Positions 10,893 to 21,327 are shown, counted from the stretch's first letter. The stretch is DNA of 64,000 nucleotides from Anaerohalosphaeraceae bacterium (GCA_963675525.2 CAXXSL010000011.1:544001-608000), one strand, 5' to 3'. Made by a program: numbers and translations. Notes: generated by a model not told the origin, from the sequence alone.

Positions 10893-12875
10893 CTATTCGG
10901 ACTCCGAAACCATCTGCTGTGAGTTCGTAACATCCTTGTCCGGAAGGTTCTTGAACCAGAATATATATATAAAAATGACACTAACAACGAAAAGACCCAG
11001 TGTCACACAAAACACATAATATTGCCTTATTATTAGCTGCATCGGCATCAGGAACATTGTGACCAGCCAAGTCATCACAAACGGTATCGCAAGCAGGTCA
11101 TTTCGATGTTCTTTTTTCATCTTAACCGTTGCATCTTCGGATAACACATACCGCAATGGTTTCCAGAAACCAAAGGGCCTTGTGGCTTTATAGAAGTTCA
11201 CCAATATATCATGGTCTGTCGGTTTTGTCAGATATGTCCCTATTATCGTACACGCTGCCGTGAAAAGTGTCAATATCACAAACTGCCATTGTTCGGGTAA
11301 ATCGGGCCAGAAAATCCGCTGGACAACTGCGCTTGCGGTACCGGCTACGGTGCCAATCGCAAAACCGCCCCCATTAAACCGCCACCAGTACATTTTCAGC
11401 AGAGACGGTACCGCCAGCCCGGAGAGCAGTCCCATTGTAATCCAGCCCCAAATATCGTTAATACTTTTTACCGAATAGGCCATGCCAAAAGCACTTGCGA
11501 TCAAAGCAATTGTAAATAAATACGTTATCGCAATCAATTCTCTATTAACGGCCTTGGGACGAAGATATCTCTGATAGATATCGCGGGTAAAAAACGATGC
11601 CGCTTTGTTAATCGTTGTGTCAAACGTGGACATTGATGCGGCAAGCAGTGAAACGAGAATCAATCCTCTGAAGCCGGCCGGGACACTGCAAAGAAGAACC
11701 GTCGGCAGTATCCGTTCGGCATTGATTGTTCCATCGAAACTCAACAAGTGGAGTTTGGAGTTCCAGTCCGCTCCTAACAAATCCTTAAGATTGGCAATGA
11801 AGCCGTCCGGGTATGCGGATGGATCATTCATGATATTCGCCAAGGCATCCGCCCAGCCCGTTTGGCTGATATGACCGAGTTGCTGTTTGATGAGTAATGC
11901 AGCCTCGCTAAGAACCGATTGATCAGGAAACATATCCTTAACAATAAACAATCCCAATATAGCAAAGCTTATCATCATAGGCCAGCGGAATGTACTCAGT
12001 GACATCCATAAACAGGCTAATTTTCCACAGTCACGTTCATTACGTGCTGCAAAGTAATGGGGGTCGTCGCCTGTACCGAAACCCATGATGATATTACGGA
12101 GTAATAAGAAAACTGTAAACATGAAAAGGGATTCATAAACTTCGTATCCCTTAGGCATCGTTGTGATTTGCTGGGGAAAAGAAGACAACCAATCCGTACA
12201 CCCGGTAACGGATCGGGTAAGAGTGCCTAAATCCGTTTCGCCTCCCATTTTTACCAACGCCAATGCCGTTATAAATATGATTCCAACAAAGATCAAAAGG
12301 CACTGGATGACATCGCTGAATACGACACCGTAAAAACCGGAGGAAATCGTATAAAGAGTGGCCACGCCAACCATGATCAGGGAACACTGTAATGGCGTCA
12401 GAGGGATGAACATTGAGAAAAACAGTCCAACCCCTTTTATCATGTAGACGAGCATCCCGATCGTAAAAACGATGGTTGCAATGACCTTCGTAATCCTGGC
12501 AAAATTTGCTCCGATACCATCGCCGAACCTGAAAGCCAGCCATTCAGCCCCGGTCATACAACCGGACCGTCTGTGCCACTTTCCCGTCCAGATCATCGTA
12601 AAAACCAGCCCCAGCGGAACGCCGCCTCGAAACTCAACGAACAAACTGCGAGGCCCAAGAAGATACATCAATGAAACGATCAGCATGGTCCCGGTAATAT
12701 CCAGAGACCAGCCCATACCGGAAATCCCTAATGCCCACCATGGCATCTTTCTGCCTGCAAGAAAATAGTCATCAAGGCTTGCCGAAGCCCTTTTACTGAG
12801 GTAGACACCCAATCCCACTAACAGGAAGAAGTAAATTGCGATGATACAGTAGTCGAGTGTTCCCAGATAGCCCAT
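10893..12875 (-). CDS. Sodium:solute symporter (SSS family), probable oligosaccharide importer
   Basis: LDY..I..YF, DYFLAGRKMPWW, GVVFSD.IQ, LAASMST and WWRFN motifs; many transmembrane segments. Confidence 0.92.
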   Translation of the reverse strand: MGYLGTLDYCIIAIYFFLLVGLGVYLSKRASASLDDYFLAGRKMPWWALGISGMGWSLDITGTMLIVSLMYLLGPRSLFVEFRGGVPLGLVFTMIWTGKWHRRSGCMTGAEWLAFRFGDGIGANFARITKVIATIVFTIGMLVYMIKGVGLFFSMFIPLTPLQCSLIMVGVATLYTISSGFYGVVFSDVIQCLLIFVGIIFITALALVKMGGETDLGTLTRSVTGCTDWLSSFPQQITTMPKGYEVYESLFMFTVFLLLRNIIMGFGTGDDPHYFAARNERDCGKLACLWMSLSTFRWPMMISFAILGLFIVKDMFPDQSVLSEAALLIKQQLGHISQTGWADALANIMNDPSAYPDGFIANLKDLLGADWNSKLHLLSFDGTINAERILPTVLLCSVPAGFRGLILVSLLAASMSTFDTTINKAASFFTRDIYQRYLRPKAVNRELIAITYLFTIALIASAFGMAYSVKSINDIWGWITMGLLSGLAVPSLLKMYWWRFNGGGFAIGTVAGTASAVVQRIFWPDLPEQWQFVILTLFTAACTIIGTYLTKPTDHDILVNFYKATRPFGFWKPLRYVLSEDATVKMKKEHRNDLLAIPFVMTWLVTMFLMPMQLIIRQYYVFCVTLGLFVVSVIFIYIFWFKNLPDKDVTNSQQMVSESE

Positions 12876-13076
12876 GATAGCAGTCCTTTATAATCATCTA
12901 TTTTTCATGTAAACGAGAAAGTGTCGACCCAAAGAAACACTGTCGCCTTACATTCGCCCGCGCAATCTCTACAGATGCAAATACAACACCACCCCAAGCG
13001 GACACCGAATTGTTTGTTGCCTGCAACGACACACACATCCAGCGCTGTAACCCATCTGCAAGCTGATTTATTGCGG

Positions 13077-13113
13077 AAAAGAAGGTACCGAAACAAACTT
13101 CGGCACCTTCTTT
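13077..13113 (-). terminator. Intrinsic terminator/attenuating hairpin after the PEP-CTERM gene
   Basis: Minus strand GAAGGTGCCGAA-loop-TTCGGTACCTTC followed by TTTT. Confidence 0.7.
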
Positions 13114-13139
13114 GTCCCGATTCTGTTTACATTACTTCT

Positions 13140-13814
13140 TTATTTCTTTCTTCGCAGTAAAAGTCCGCCAAGAGCAAGCAAACCCATCGTAGCCGGCTCA
13201 GGAACAATGATCCCGATATCATCGACGAACAACCCGCCAGCCTGATACCAGCCATTGTTGACGCCAACAGTGATCTGATACACATTCTCGAGATTCATTC
13301 CAGCAACCGTATAGGTAGCAAAATCAAGATCCCAAACAATACCATTGGGCCATCCGGTGCCGCTCGGTGTTACATCGCCGGGGTAACTGGCACTGAAGAC
13401 CTTCTGGCCCCATACATCATACAGGCTCAGGAAGACATCGCCGCCGGAACCATCGAGATATTCCCATCCGGGTGCCGTCTTGCTCGGAATGGCAAATGTC
13501 ATCGTAATACCAGTGGCACCCGAACCATAAGCATAATGCAGGTTTACTCCGTGATCGTCCCACACAGAGCCAGGCAGTTGGTACTTCGTCTGAGTCCAAC
13601 CAACGCCTGCCGTATGATTCTCAATCAGCATGCTCTGACCATTCAACACGTTTTCCACGGTCTCGTTCTGGATGTCGGAACTCGGGTTCATCACCCACGC
13701 GGCCTGCAGGGCAGCGTCGTCGGCATAGCTTTCAAAATCATCCAGCATCACCACAGCAGCGCTTGCCATGCCAACAAAACTTAACATTAACACTAACATC
13801 ACAAATCTTTTCAT
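13140..13814 (-). CDS. PEP-CTERM surface protein with a CBM11-like beta-sandwich
   Basis: GGAGG RBS, signal peptide, DDFESY...VDDI domain, C-terminal VPEPATMGLLALGGLLLRRKK. Confidence 0.92.
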   Translation of the reverse strand: MKRFVMLVLMLSFVGMASAAVVMLDDFESYADDAALQAAWVMNPSSDIQNETVENVLNGQSMLIENHTAGVGWTQTKYQLPGSVWDDHGVNLHYAYGSGATGITMTFAIPSKTAPGWEYLDGSGGDVFLSLYDVWGQKVFSASYPGDVTPSGTGWPNGIVWDLDFATYTVAGMNLENVYQITVGVNNGWYQAGGLFVDDIGIIVPEPATMGLLALGGLLLRRKK

Positions 13815-13880
13815 CTTAACACCTCCTACAAAAAGTTAATAAAATTTTTCTCTAAATCGAGCCATTCAGACAACACTGTC

Positions 13881-15959
13881 TTATTCAACTAATGTACACT
13901 TCAACCAATTCTCCGCAAGAACTTCAATATCATCAAAATCAACAACACAATCCGAAGTAACATCACCGGGGGCCGAACCAATACAAATGCTGCTGTTATT
14001 GTGCACCGTGATGTCATCAAAATAGATCACCCCCGAAGCATAATTGCCTGCAAGCATCATAATATCCAATCTTCCAACACGCTGAAGCTGTTCCGGCGTC
14101 AGATTTGCGGCCAGATCAATCGTTGCTTCCTGCCAGCCGCCACCGGCGGGAACATTGCCAAAATCCTCAGTGTACAGCCCCACGCCCGAGTAATTCACAA
14201 CCTTGATCTTCAGATCATCACCGCCGTTGATTTCCACATTGTACCAGACTGACAGCGTACTATAATCACTCCAGTCAACACCGCTGCTGCCCCACACAGC
14301 ACCGGGCAGAAAATAGCCGCTCTTAGACCAGCCGGGACTGACTCCGTTGTTGAACTCATACTTCATCGACTGATTCCCGCTGCGAACGGTCGTTGTATTC
14401 ACTGAAACTGTTACATTCGCAGTGGTGTCGCTCCAGTCTGCCTGCAGGTCCGGTGTACTCGTATACGATTCGAAATCATCAACACTTTCCCCGACGAAGC
14501 TTCGGTCATTTCTGAGCCAATTGGCACCCACAATGCTGAAATCGCTAAGATTCGTCCAGCAATCGCCACTGAGATCGCCCATGCGGTTGACCGTACACTC
14601 ATTGACAACCGCGGCAACCGTCAACGTACTTTCCGGCGGCAGCGTAATGTCCATGCTGCTCGAATCATAATCGAAACTTACTTGAGAAAGCCTGTCCACA
14701 ACGGCTCCGGATTCGAAGGCCTGGGCTTCTGTAAGCGTAAAGCTCGTAATGCCTGTGACACCCACTGTTCGATTGACTGTATTGGCGGTACTGTTGGCAA
14801 AAGCCAACACCAACTGATTATCCCCGATAAAGCCCGCCGCACTGATAGCCGAATCATCCCAGGTCTTGCGCAAAACCATTGCATTGTCCGGAATAGACGG
14901 AGCAAGTGTCATCAGGGCATAATAGACAGGCCGCTTGCTCGAATCCGTCCGCAACAATCCGGACATAGGAATCGACTGCCAGCTTTGATTCGCCGCTTCC
15001 CAGTAGCACAACACATTCGCTCCGTTATTGACCAGCGTCAGCGAGTTCTCGTAGGAGCGTTCTGCGAATTGGCTTGTCTCGGTATACGTATCACTTCCGT
15101 ATGTGACCCCGTTATACGTTCGCACGCCGGTCGCGTATTCAGTGACGATCACCGGCTTGCTATGCGTGGGGTCGGCACTATTCACGGCTGCGCCGAAGTA
15201 ATCCTGCCACCGCTGATCAAGAAAACTCGGTAACGCATCCGTATGACCCCACCCCTCATCCCAGGCATGTGTGGACCAGCATGCCAGAGCCGCCTTGCCG
15301 TCATTGTCAAGCGCATTAATCCAGGTCGGACCGTAGTAGAGATAGGCCAGTCCGGGTCCAATAATGCCCACATCGGTCAATCCGCGACTGTCAAGTTCCT
15401 GTCGTACCAGTTTAACCACTGTATTGTAATCGGTTCCCGGAATGTAAATGTTCCAGTTGCCCTCCGGCTCATTGGCAAGCTCGATATAGTTGATCCGCAG
15501 TCCGCGATTCTTGAAAAAGTAAACCTGTGAAACCCAAAGCCGTGCAAAATCATCAAAGTTTTCCGCTTTCAGCCGGTTACCGGTGCCAAGCCAGTCTGCT
15601 GGTCCACCAAACATATTGAGGATGACCTGGATATCACAACGCTCCGCCATTTGCAGCGATGCGGTAATCATATTGCCTCTCGTGGTGCCATTATATTCAG
15701 AGCTGACATAGGCATCCATCTGAGCCTGTGGAGCATCGGTAGGCGGACTGCTGCATCCGCCGGGACACATCCGCATATGATTCATGTTCATATCCGCAAA
15801 CAGGCTTTCCACACGCATGTCGCCCGGCCACACCTGGGCTCCAAATCCCGCAAACGGATGCGAAACATCATTCACATCAAACTCAATGTCCGCCGCTTTG
15901 ACCATCGTAATAGTCCAAATACAGAAAACAAAAATACATATCGATATTCTGCTATTCAT
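13881..15959 (-). CDS. Secreted clan GH-A hydrolase (GH30/GH39/GH59-like) plus CBM-like module flanked by dockerin-like repeats
   Basis: Signal peptide; F.GFGAQ, IELANEP, STHAW, IVTEYA; GDLSGDC..N.SDF...NWL and GDVTSDC.VDFDD...NWL repeats. Confidence 0.75.
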   Translation of the reverse strand: MNSRISICIFVFCIWTITMVKAADIEFDVNDVSHPFAGFGAQVWPGDMRVESLFADMNMNHMRMCPGGCSSPPTDAPQAQMDAYVSSEYNGTTRGNMITASLQMAERCDIQVILNMFGGPADWLGTGNRLKAENFDDFARLWVSQVYFFKNRGLRINYIELANEPEGNWNIYIPGTDYNTVVKLVRQELDSRGLTDVGIIGPGLAYLYYGPTWINALDNDGKAALACWSTHAWDEGWGHTDALPSFLDQRWQDYFGAAVNSADPTHSKPVIVTEYATGVRTYNGVTYGSDTYTETSQFAERSYENSLTLVNNGANVLCYWEAANQSWQSIPMSGLLRTDSSKRPVYYALMTLAPSIPDNAMVLRKTWDDSAISAAGFIGDNQLVLAFANSTANTVNRTVGVTGITSFTLTEAQAFESGAVVDRLSQVSFDYDSSSMDITLPPESTLTVAAVVNECTVNRMGDLSGDCWTNLSDFSIVGANWLRNDRSFVGESVDDFESYTSTPDLQADWSDTTANVTVSVNTTTVRSGNQSMKYEFNNGVSPGWSKSGYFLPGAVWGSSGVDWSDYSTLSVWYNVEINGGDDLKIKVVNYSGVGLYTEDFGNVPAGGGWQEATIDLAANLTPEQLQRVGRLDIMMLAGNYASGVIYFDDITVHNNSSICIGSAPGDVTSDCVVDFDDIEVLAENWLKCTLVE

Positions 15960-16086
15960 GAAATTTCCATACAGAACTGTCGCAAAAACCACAACCCCAT
16001 TGTGGAGCTGAAATCGCAAAAAACAGAACGTGTTATCAATTGACCGTTCACGTCACTCTCCTCGCCTGAAATCACACCTCAAAAAA

Positions 16087-16920
16087 TCACTTATTGCCGA
16101 AGTAGTAGAATCTCCAGCGTCCCTTCTCCGTACCGTTTACTGTATATTTCTCTCCAAAATCATCCGGCTCTCTGCTAACATGTCCGTCCACCCAGCCTAT
16201 CATGCCTATCCCATACTCATCTTCTGATTTCTTCTTATGCCAGCGTGTCTGATAACGTTGGTTACACGACGCGTTAGGGAAGTAACTCGGCGGCTCTGAC
16301 GGTTCAAAAAACCAATGGCCAACAAAGTAATACTCATGATCAATGAAGTAAGCAGTATTGTATGGACTTTTTATGCTGGTTATCTTGGTCGCCCCGCGAG
16401 TGTGCCAATATAGATCACCGGGCCCATACAGGCCGCCACTGCCCATATCGTTATATTTCGGACCGCTAATCGTTCCGGGGCTGAGATCGCCAATATTGTA
16501 GGTCATATAACCATTCGCTGCGTACGTAAATCTTTTCTCCTGACCCAGTGTATCATAGGCTGGATCGTTGGCCTCGAATGTCACATTTTTCGCACTGGGG
16601 CAGGTCATAGAATCACCTTTTGTACTACGGGAAGAGGCTATATAAGACACGATCGAACTTCCGGAGCAGTCTTCAGTGGTTCCATCCGAAGATATCTCCA
16701 TCTCGTCTTTCCACCATCTCCCTGCAATAGCAAAGTCTTCATTGTCATTAGACCACTGGTTAGACGCCGTCACAAGAGTTCTCTCATTATTGCCGCATAT
16801 CACCATTCGTGCCGATTCTTTGGCTTTAGACAGAGATGGAAGGATAACAGACATCAACAGTGCGATAACCGCAATCACAACCAACAACTCAATGAGCGTG
16901 AAGGCCTTTTTCTGTTGCAT
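16087..16920 (-). CDS. Prepilin-type N-terminal cleavage/methylation protein with C-terminal H-X9-DG-like motif (DUF1559-like)
   Basis: KKAFTLIELLVVIAVIALLMSVILPSLSKAKESAR...C.NN; C-terminal RWH...WVDGHV. Confidence 0.92.
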   Translation of the reverse strand: MQQKKAFTLIELLVVIAVIALLMSVILPSLSKAKESARMVICGNNERTLVTASNQWSNDNEDFAIAGRWWKDEMEISSDGTTEDCSGSSIVSYIASSRSTKGDSMTCPSAKNVTFEANDPAYDTLGQEKRFTYAANGYMTYNIGDLSPGTISGPKYNDMGSGGLYGPGDLYWHTRGATKITSIKSPYNTAYFIDHEYYFVGHWFFEPSEPPSYFPNASCNQRYQTRWHKKKSEDEYGIGMIGWVDGHVSREPDDFGEKYTVNGTEKGRWRFYYFGNK

Positions 16921-16947
16921 TTTTTCTTTCCTTTCCCAATATGTCGT

Positions 16948-16986
16948 GAAAGAACGAGGTCGGTCACTGTGCCGACCTCGTTCTTC
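16948..16986. promoter_or_regulatory. Strong intercistronic stem-loop (mRNA stability/processing element or partial terminator)
   Basis: AAGAACGAGGTCGG-8 nt-CCGACCTCGTTCTT perfect inverted repeat between the LamG and prepilin genes. Confidence 0.6.
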
Positions 16987-16995
16987 AATATAAAT

Positions 16996-19125
16996 CTATT
17001 CCGTCCCAAACAGCCATTCTTCACTAATTGCCTGCAAATCTTGAATATCGACTCTGCAATCAAAATTCACATCCGTTTCCGGTCTTCCTGAGCAGACAGG
17101 ATCCACTATAAACGTAACATCATCGACATCAATCGTACCGGTTCGGGCATCTGTTCTGTCTGAGCTGCCGGTTCCAATTAAGAGGTATCGAACGGACTTA
17201 AGAGCATTGGGGTCGGTGGTGTCGGCACCATACGGACCAAGAAGCAAATTCGGGTCGGTGTCGATTGTCCACTCATCCCACTCATCGACAGGATCTGTTA
17301 CACTAGCGTCTCCTGTGATCCAGACTTCAGCCTTCAGGTTATTGGGGTCACTGAGGACTCCGTCGTCATAAAACTTCAAATAAAGCAGATCTTCGGCGGT
17401 ATTTCCCGTATGCCGATAGAGCCATAGACTGAGCCCATCATAGACAGACAAGTTTTGTGCTGAACCAAGGTCAAATACAATATTTGTGTAATTGTCGGTG
17501 GCAGGTGCAACGGGTGCGGGTAAACTGTACTCCCACCGCAGCGCATTGCTTCCGGCGTAAGCATTGGTGGTTTGGCTGATAGTTCCCGTTCCGCTATAAG
17601 TACTGCTACTGTACACACTCCAGCCAGTCAGCGTCCCTTCCATGTCATCAGCGACATAGACGGAACCGGGAGAGATTTCATAATCAAGCTGCCATTCATC
17701 GGCCATCGGCGCAAAATCTTCCAGGTTCACTTTCAGATCGTTTCCAAAGTTAGTCCGGGCCGCAACGGCCTGAATCTGTGCCGGGGTTAGTGCCCCGTTC
17801 CATGTCTTGACTTCATCCACATAAGTAGAATTCCACTCGCCAAGAAAATGCTGGCCGTTGTAACCATATCCAATAGCAGCCGCCATTCCCGGGGTTTTGT
17901 GCGAACTAACAATATAGTCGTCATCTGCCAAAAACTCGCCGTTGATATACAAAGTCGCCTTGGCGGCTTCTCCATCCGCGACAACGGCCAGATGATTCCA
18001 GGTAACCCCATCCAGATACGCAGACGCATCAGCCGCAAAAGAGAAGGCAGGAGTATAATATTTATCCTTGCTTTCTACCTGAAGTTCGTCGTTGTTGGCC
18101 CGAATGGATAACTGGGTACCATCAGTGCTGTATTTTTCGCTGTAGAATGCACTTCTGTAGTCCTGGTGACCCGACTTAAACCAGAAGGCAACAGTGTAAT
18201 TGACCGGTTGACTAATCGCAACGGGCGGTTTAACCGACTGGCCGCCCTCAAAAAGCAGCGAATCACCGCGAAATCCGTCAGCAACCCAGTTTGAGATAGG
18301 AAGAGTATAACCGTACAACGTACCGTCATTCGCATTTCCGGAATGATCCGGCATCGCCGAAGGAGTAATATCGCCCATTTGGTAATAGACCACCTGCTGA
18401 TTCAATTCCACCGCAGGAATAGCGCCCGGAATAACCAAATCCAAAATATCATCTACTGAAAGAACACCTCTCCAGACAGTAAATTCATCAAACCGGCCGG
18501 CAAAGAAATCCTTTGAGTCCCAGGCATAAGAAGGAACACGGACTTCGCCAGGGGAATCGGAGAATGTCTGATCCCGCATGGCGATTAAAACACCGTTCTT
18601 ATAAATGCGGACAATTGATCCATCGTATGTTGTTGTAACCATTTGCCACTGATTAATATCCCAGGGAATCGTGGACACGGTATAGACATAACCGGAGGCT
18701 TGTGGATTCGCAAACGAGATATTTCCACCACCTGAAGCATAAAGGGTACGTGACGAGGCGCTAATATTATATGGTTTCTCTCCCAAACACCAGGCAAGCC
18801 GCCAGTCCTTGGGAATCTCTGTCGGATAGACCCAGAGATTAACACTCCATGTGTCGGCGGCGAGAACCGGCAGCACGGCCGTATCGATCCCCGTTAAATA
18901 GGTACATTCATTACCGTCGGAAACCAGGGCCTGCCCGCTGACGCCAGTGCCGTACACCATTGACGGCGCATCCGGAAAGGGATTTGCATTTAATCCGTTT
19001 CCGCTGGAATCATTGAGATTGCCGTCAAACTTCCATTCGATAACTTTCTCTGCAGCGGAGGCAATCCCGCAGAACATAACGATAATAGCTGACATCCAAC
19101 ATAATAAATATTTGCGATTCATCAT
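16996..19125 (-). CDS. Secreted protein: 2x LamG/concanavalin-like domains plus CBM-like module between dockerin-like repeats
   Basis: W.FDGNL.DSSGNG, W..VTTTYDG...IYKNG, F.GRFDE; second copy WNHLAVV.DG...LYING, VDEV; NFGNDLKVNLEDF..MADEW and DVNFDCRVDIQDL...EEWL. Confidence 0.85.
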   Translation of the reverse strand: MMNRKYLLCWMSAIIVMFCGIASAAEKVIEWKFDGNLNDSSGNGLNANPFPDAPSMVYGTGVSGQALVSDGNECTYLTGIDTAVLPVLAADTWSVNLWVYPTEIPKDWRLAWCLGEKPYNISASSRTLYASGGGNISFANPQASGYVYTVSTIPWDINQWQMVTTTYDGSIVRIYKNGVLIAMRDQTFSDSPGEVRVPSYAWDSKDFFAGRFDEFTVWRGVLSVDDILDLVIPGAIPAVELNQQVVYYQMGDITPSAMPDHSGNANDGTLYGYTLPISNWVADGFRGDSLLFEGGQSVKPPVAISQPVNYTVAFWFKSGHQDYRSAFYSEKYSTDGTQLSIRANNDELQVESKDKYYTPAFSFAADASAYLDGVTWNHLAVVADGEAAKATLYINGEFLADDDYIVSSHKTPGMAAAIGYGYNGQHFLGEWNSTYVDEVKTWNGALTPAQIQAVAARTNFGNDLKVNLEDFAPMADEWQLDYEISPGSVYVADDMEGTLTGWSVYSSSTYSGTGTISQTTNAYAGSNALRWEYSLPAPVAPATDNYTNIVFDLGSAQNLSVYDGLSLWLYRHTGNTAEDLLYLKFYDDGVLSDPNNLKAEVWITGDASVTDPVDEWDEWTIDTDPNLLLGPYGADTTDPNALKSVRYLLIGTGSSDRTDARTGTIDVDDVTFIVDPVCSGRPETDVNFDCRVDIQDLQAISEEWLFGTE

Positions 19126-19234
19126 TCTTTCTCCTTTTTCCGCGTTATTTCCTTGTTTTCATCAACCAACTCGCTTTTCCGATCTAAAGCTTTTCAACAG
19201 AGACTGCCGAAACTTTTGTCGCGCATTTAAAGGC

Positions 19235-20281
19235 TTATGAATTCTGTGCTGCAGGCGCGGTAGAGTCTCGCACAACCAGTTTACAATCCATCTTTATACT
19301 CCGACTTCCGCCCTCAATAAATTTACCCTGAATGCGGGATAATAAAAGCTGCGTAGCCTTGCAGCCCACCTCGTAGCCTTCCTGACGAACAGTTGTCAGG
19401 GACGGTACCATCAGCGGTGAAAAATCAAGGTCAGCAAAGCCCACGACAGAAACATCTTGTGGAATTCGCAGATTCAACTCCGCTGCAGCTAAGTAAACAT
19501 CACGTGTAAGAAGGTCACTCGCAGCGTAAACCGCTGTCGGTCTGGGCCTTGCTGTAAGTATTTTTTTCGCAATTTCAACACCATCGAGATCTTTGCCTCT
19601 CTCGCTGATAATACAGGAAGTGCCCGCCACTTTAGCAATCTCCTGCTCAAAATACTTACGTCGGCGCTGCGACCAACTGTAAGCATTAAGGCCTACGTCA
19701 CCAAGATGTGCCACATGACGGTGTCCAAGTTCAAGAAGGTGATTGGCAACAAGCTGAGCACCGTGCTTTTCATCGGTTGTTACTGAATCGGCCCCGTATT
19801 TAGACGGCAACTCATGGTCGATTGTAACAACAGGCACGTTACGAGATGCGAATTCCTCATGGTGGTCGTAGTAATCCGGTGTTATCGGAGGCCATAGAAT
19901 CGTACCATCAATGCGGCGGTCAAGAAGGCGGTGTACCTGCTCAAGGCCGTCAAATGGTTTAATACCCGCATGATCATCTCGATGTTGTACCCAGAGAGTA
20001 ATCGGTACATAGTCAACAGATATAAGAGTATCGTGAATGCCATACAGAATAGATGACCAATAAGAGTCATAGGGCGGCACCATCACGCCAACGGTATGAG
20101 TAAGCCCGGTCTGAATGCCTTTTACGAGCATATTGGGCCGATAACGAAGCCGAGCGGCGGCTTCCAGGACTCTGTTACGGGTGTCCTCGGAAAACCTCGT
20201 GATATTCTTCCTTCGAAGTATCCGTGATGCAGTTGGAACTGATACACTTGCTGCTTGAGCAACATCTTTCAAACTGGACAT
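19235..20281 (-). CDS. LacI-family transcriptional regulator
   Basis: SLKDVAQAASVSVPTASRIL HTH, YRPN hinge, LGHRHVAH, IPQDVSVVGF, LTTVRQ, LVVRDST. Start at ATG 20281. Confidence 0.93.
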   Translation of the reverse strand: MSSLKDVAQAASVSVPTASRILRRKNITRFSEDTRNRVLEAAARLRYRPNMLVKGIQTGLTHTVGVMVPPYDSYWSSILYGIHDTLISVDYVPITLWVQHRDDHAGIKPFDGLEQVHRLLDRRIDGTILWPPITPDYYDHHEEFASRNVPVVTIDHELPSKYGADSVTTDEKHGAQLVANHLLELGHRHVAHLGDVGLNAYSWSQRRRKYFEQEIAKVAGTSCIISERGKDLDGVEIAKKILTARPRPTAVYAASDLLTRDVYLAAAELNLRIPQDVSVVGFADLDFSPLMVPSLTTVRQEGYEVGCKATQLLLSRIQGKFIEGGSRSIKMDCKLVVRDSTAPAAQNS

Positions 20282-20325
20282 TCCCTCAGCCAAAATCTTT
20301 TCTCCTTTTAACAGCATAAAATCAA

Positions 20326-20377
20326 TGTGCAACTACTTTCACAATACGATTATGGTAGAAAACATGGATTTTGTCAA
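20326..20377 (-). promoter_or_regulatory. Sigma70 promoter of the lacI-headed cluster with an operator at the predicted +1
   Basis: Minus strand TTGACA (20377-20372), 17 bp spacer, CATAAT (20354-20349); imperfect palindrome TGTGCAACTACTTTCACA at 20326-20343. Confidence 0.7.
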
Positions 20378-20507
20378 CAATTATCATCACATATTTATGT
20401 AAATCTCACAATAAAACTGAGGAAATATAAAAAGAAATAAATGCAAGCTATTTATAAAAAAGAACTTAAGTAAAAAATCTTGTTACGAAAAAATTTGTTT
20501 TTTTTTC

Positions 20508-20554
20508 TTGAAGTAAGGAAATTTACCAATATGATTGTATGCAAGTACTTGCAT
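20508..20554 (+). promoter_or_regulatory. Sigma70 promoter of the esterase gene with a perfect palindromic operator at the predicted +1
   Basis: TTGAAG (20508-13), 16 bp spacer, TATGAT (20530-35), then ATGCAAGTACTTGCAT (20539-20554). Confidence 0.7.
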
Positions 20555-20589
20555 TATTTGTCAATAATAATAAAAATTAGGAGGTATTC

Positions 20590-21327
20590 ATGGTCAATTT
20601 GGAGAAAATTACAGTGATTGTTATGGCCGGCATATGCTTGTTGCTCTCAGGTTGTTCTACGGGACCTACGAATAGCCGGGCTCTTAGTGATGAGGAAATA
20701 GCTCTCCATAACGCATCTCTAACAAATTTCGCCCAACCAACCAGATGGCATGAAACAATTGCACAATTCAAAGAACAAGACAAAAAGAGCCCGCCGCCGC
20801 AAAATACCGTCCTTTTTGTCGGCAGTTCAAGCATTGTAGGATGGAACACCAAAAAGTGGTTTCCTGATGTCGAAAATATAAATCGTGGTTTCGGAGGTTC
20901 ACAGATAAACGATTCATGGTATTATGCCGAAAGTATAATTATCCCCTATAAACCAAAAACGATTGTTTTTTATGCGGGTGATAATGATGCTGCGGATGGA
21001 AAGTCGCCCGAGATGATTTTCGCCAATTTCAAGGCTTTTGCACTGAAAATACGGAAAGCGTTACCCAAAACGAGACTTATCTATATTTCGATCAAACCGA
21101 GCATTGACCGCTGGAATATTTGGCCTCAAATGCAGGAGGCAAATGGATACATCAAAAACTATTGCGAAAAGCAGAAAAAATATGTATTTCGTCGATGTAT
21201 CAAAGGTGATGTTGGATTCATCCTCGCAAACCGATTAAAGAACATATTCTCTCCTGATGGGCTGCATATGAATGAAACCGGCTACAGACTTTGGACAGCA
21301 GAAGTCAGACCTCTGATAGATAAATAA
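20590..21327 (+). CDS. SGNH/GDSL esterase lipoprotein (probable compensating indels near 21190-21235)
   Basis: GGAGG RBS, lipobox LSGC, FVGSSSI, INRGFGGS, YAGDND, DGLHMN. An alternative frame gives the expected FVDVSKVMLDSS segment. Confidence 0.88.
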   Translation: MVNLEKITVIVMAGICLLLSGCSTGPTNSRALSDEEIALHNASLTNFAQPTRWHETIAQFKEQDKKSPPPQNTVLFVGSSSIVGWNTKKWFPDVENINRGFGGSQINDSWYYAESIIIPYKPKTIVFYAGDNDAADGKSPEMIFANFKAFALKIRKALPKTRLIYISIKPSIDRWNIWPQMQEANGYIKNYCEKQKKYVFRRCIKGDVGFILANRLKNIFSPDGLHMNETGYRLWTAEVRPLIDK

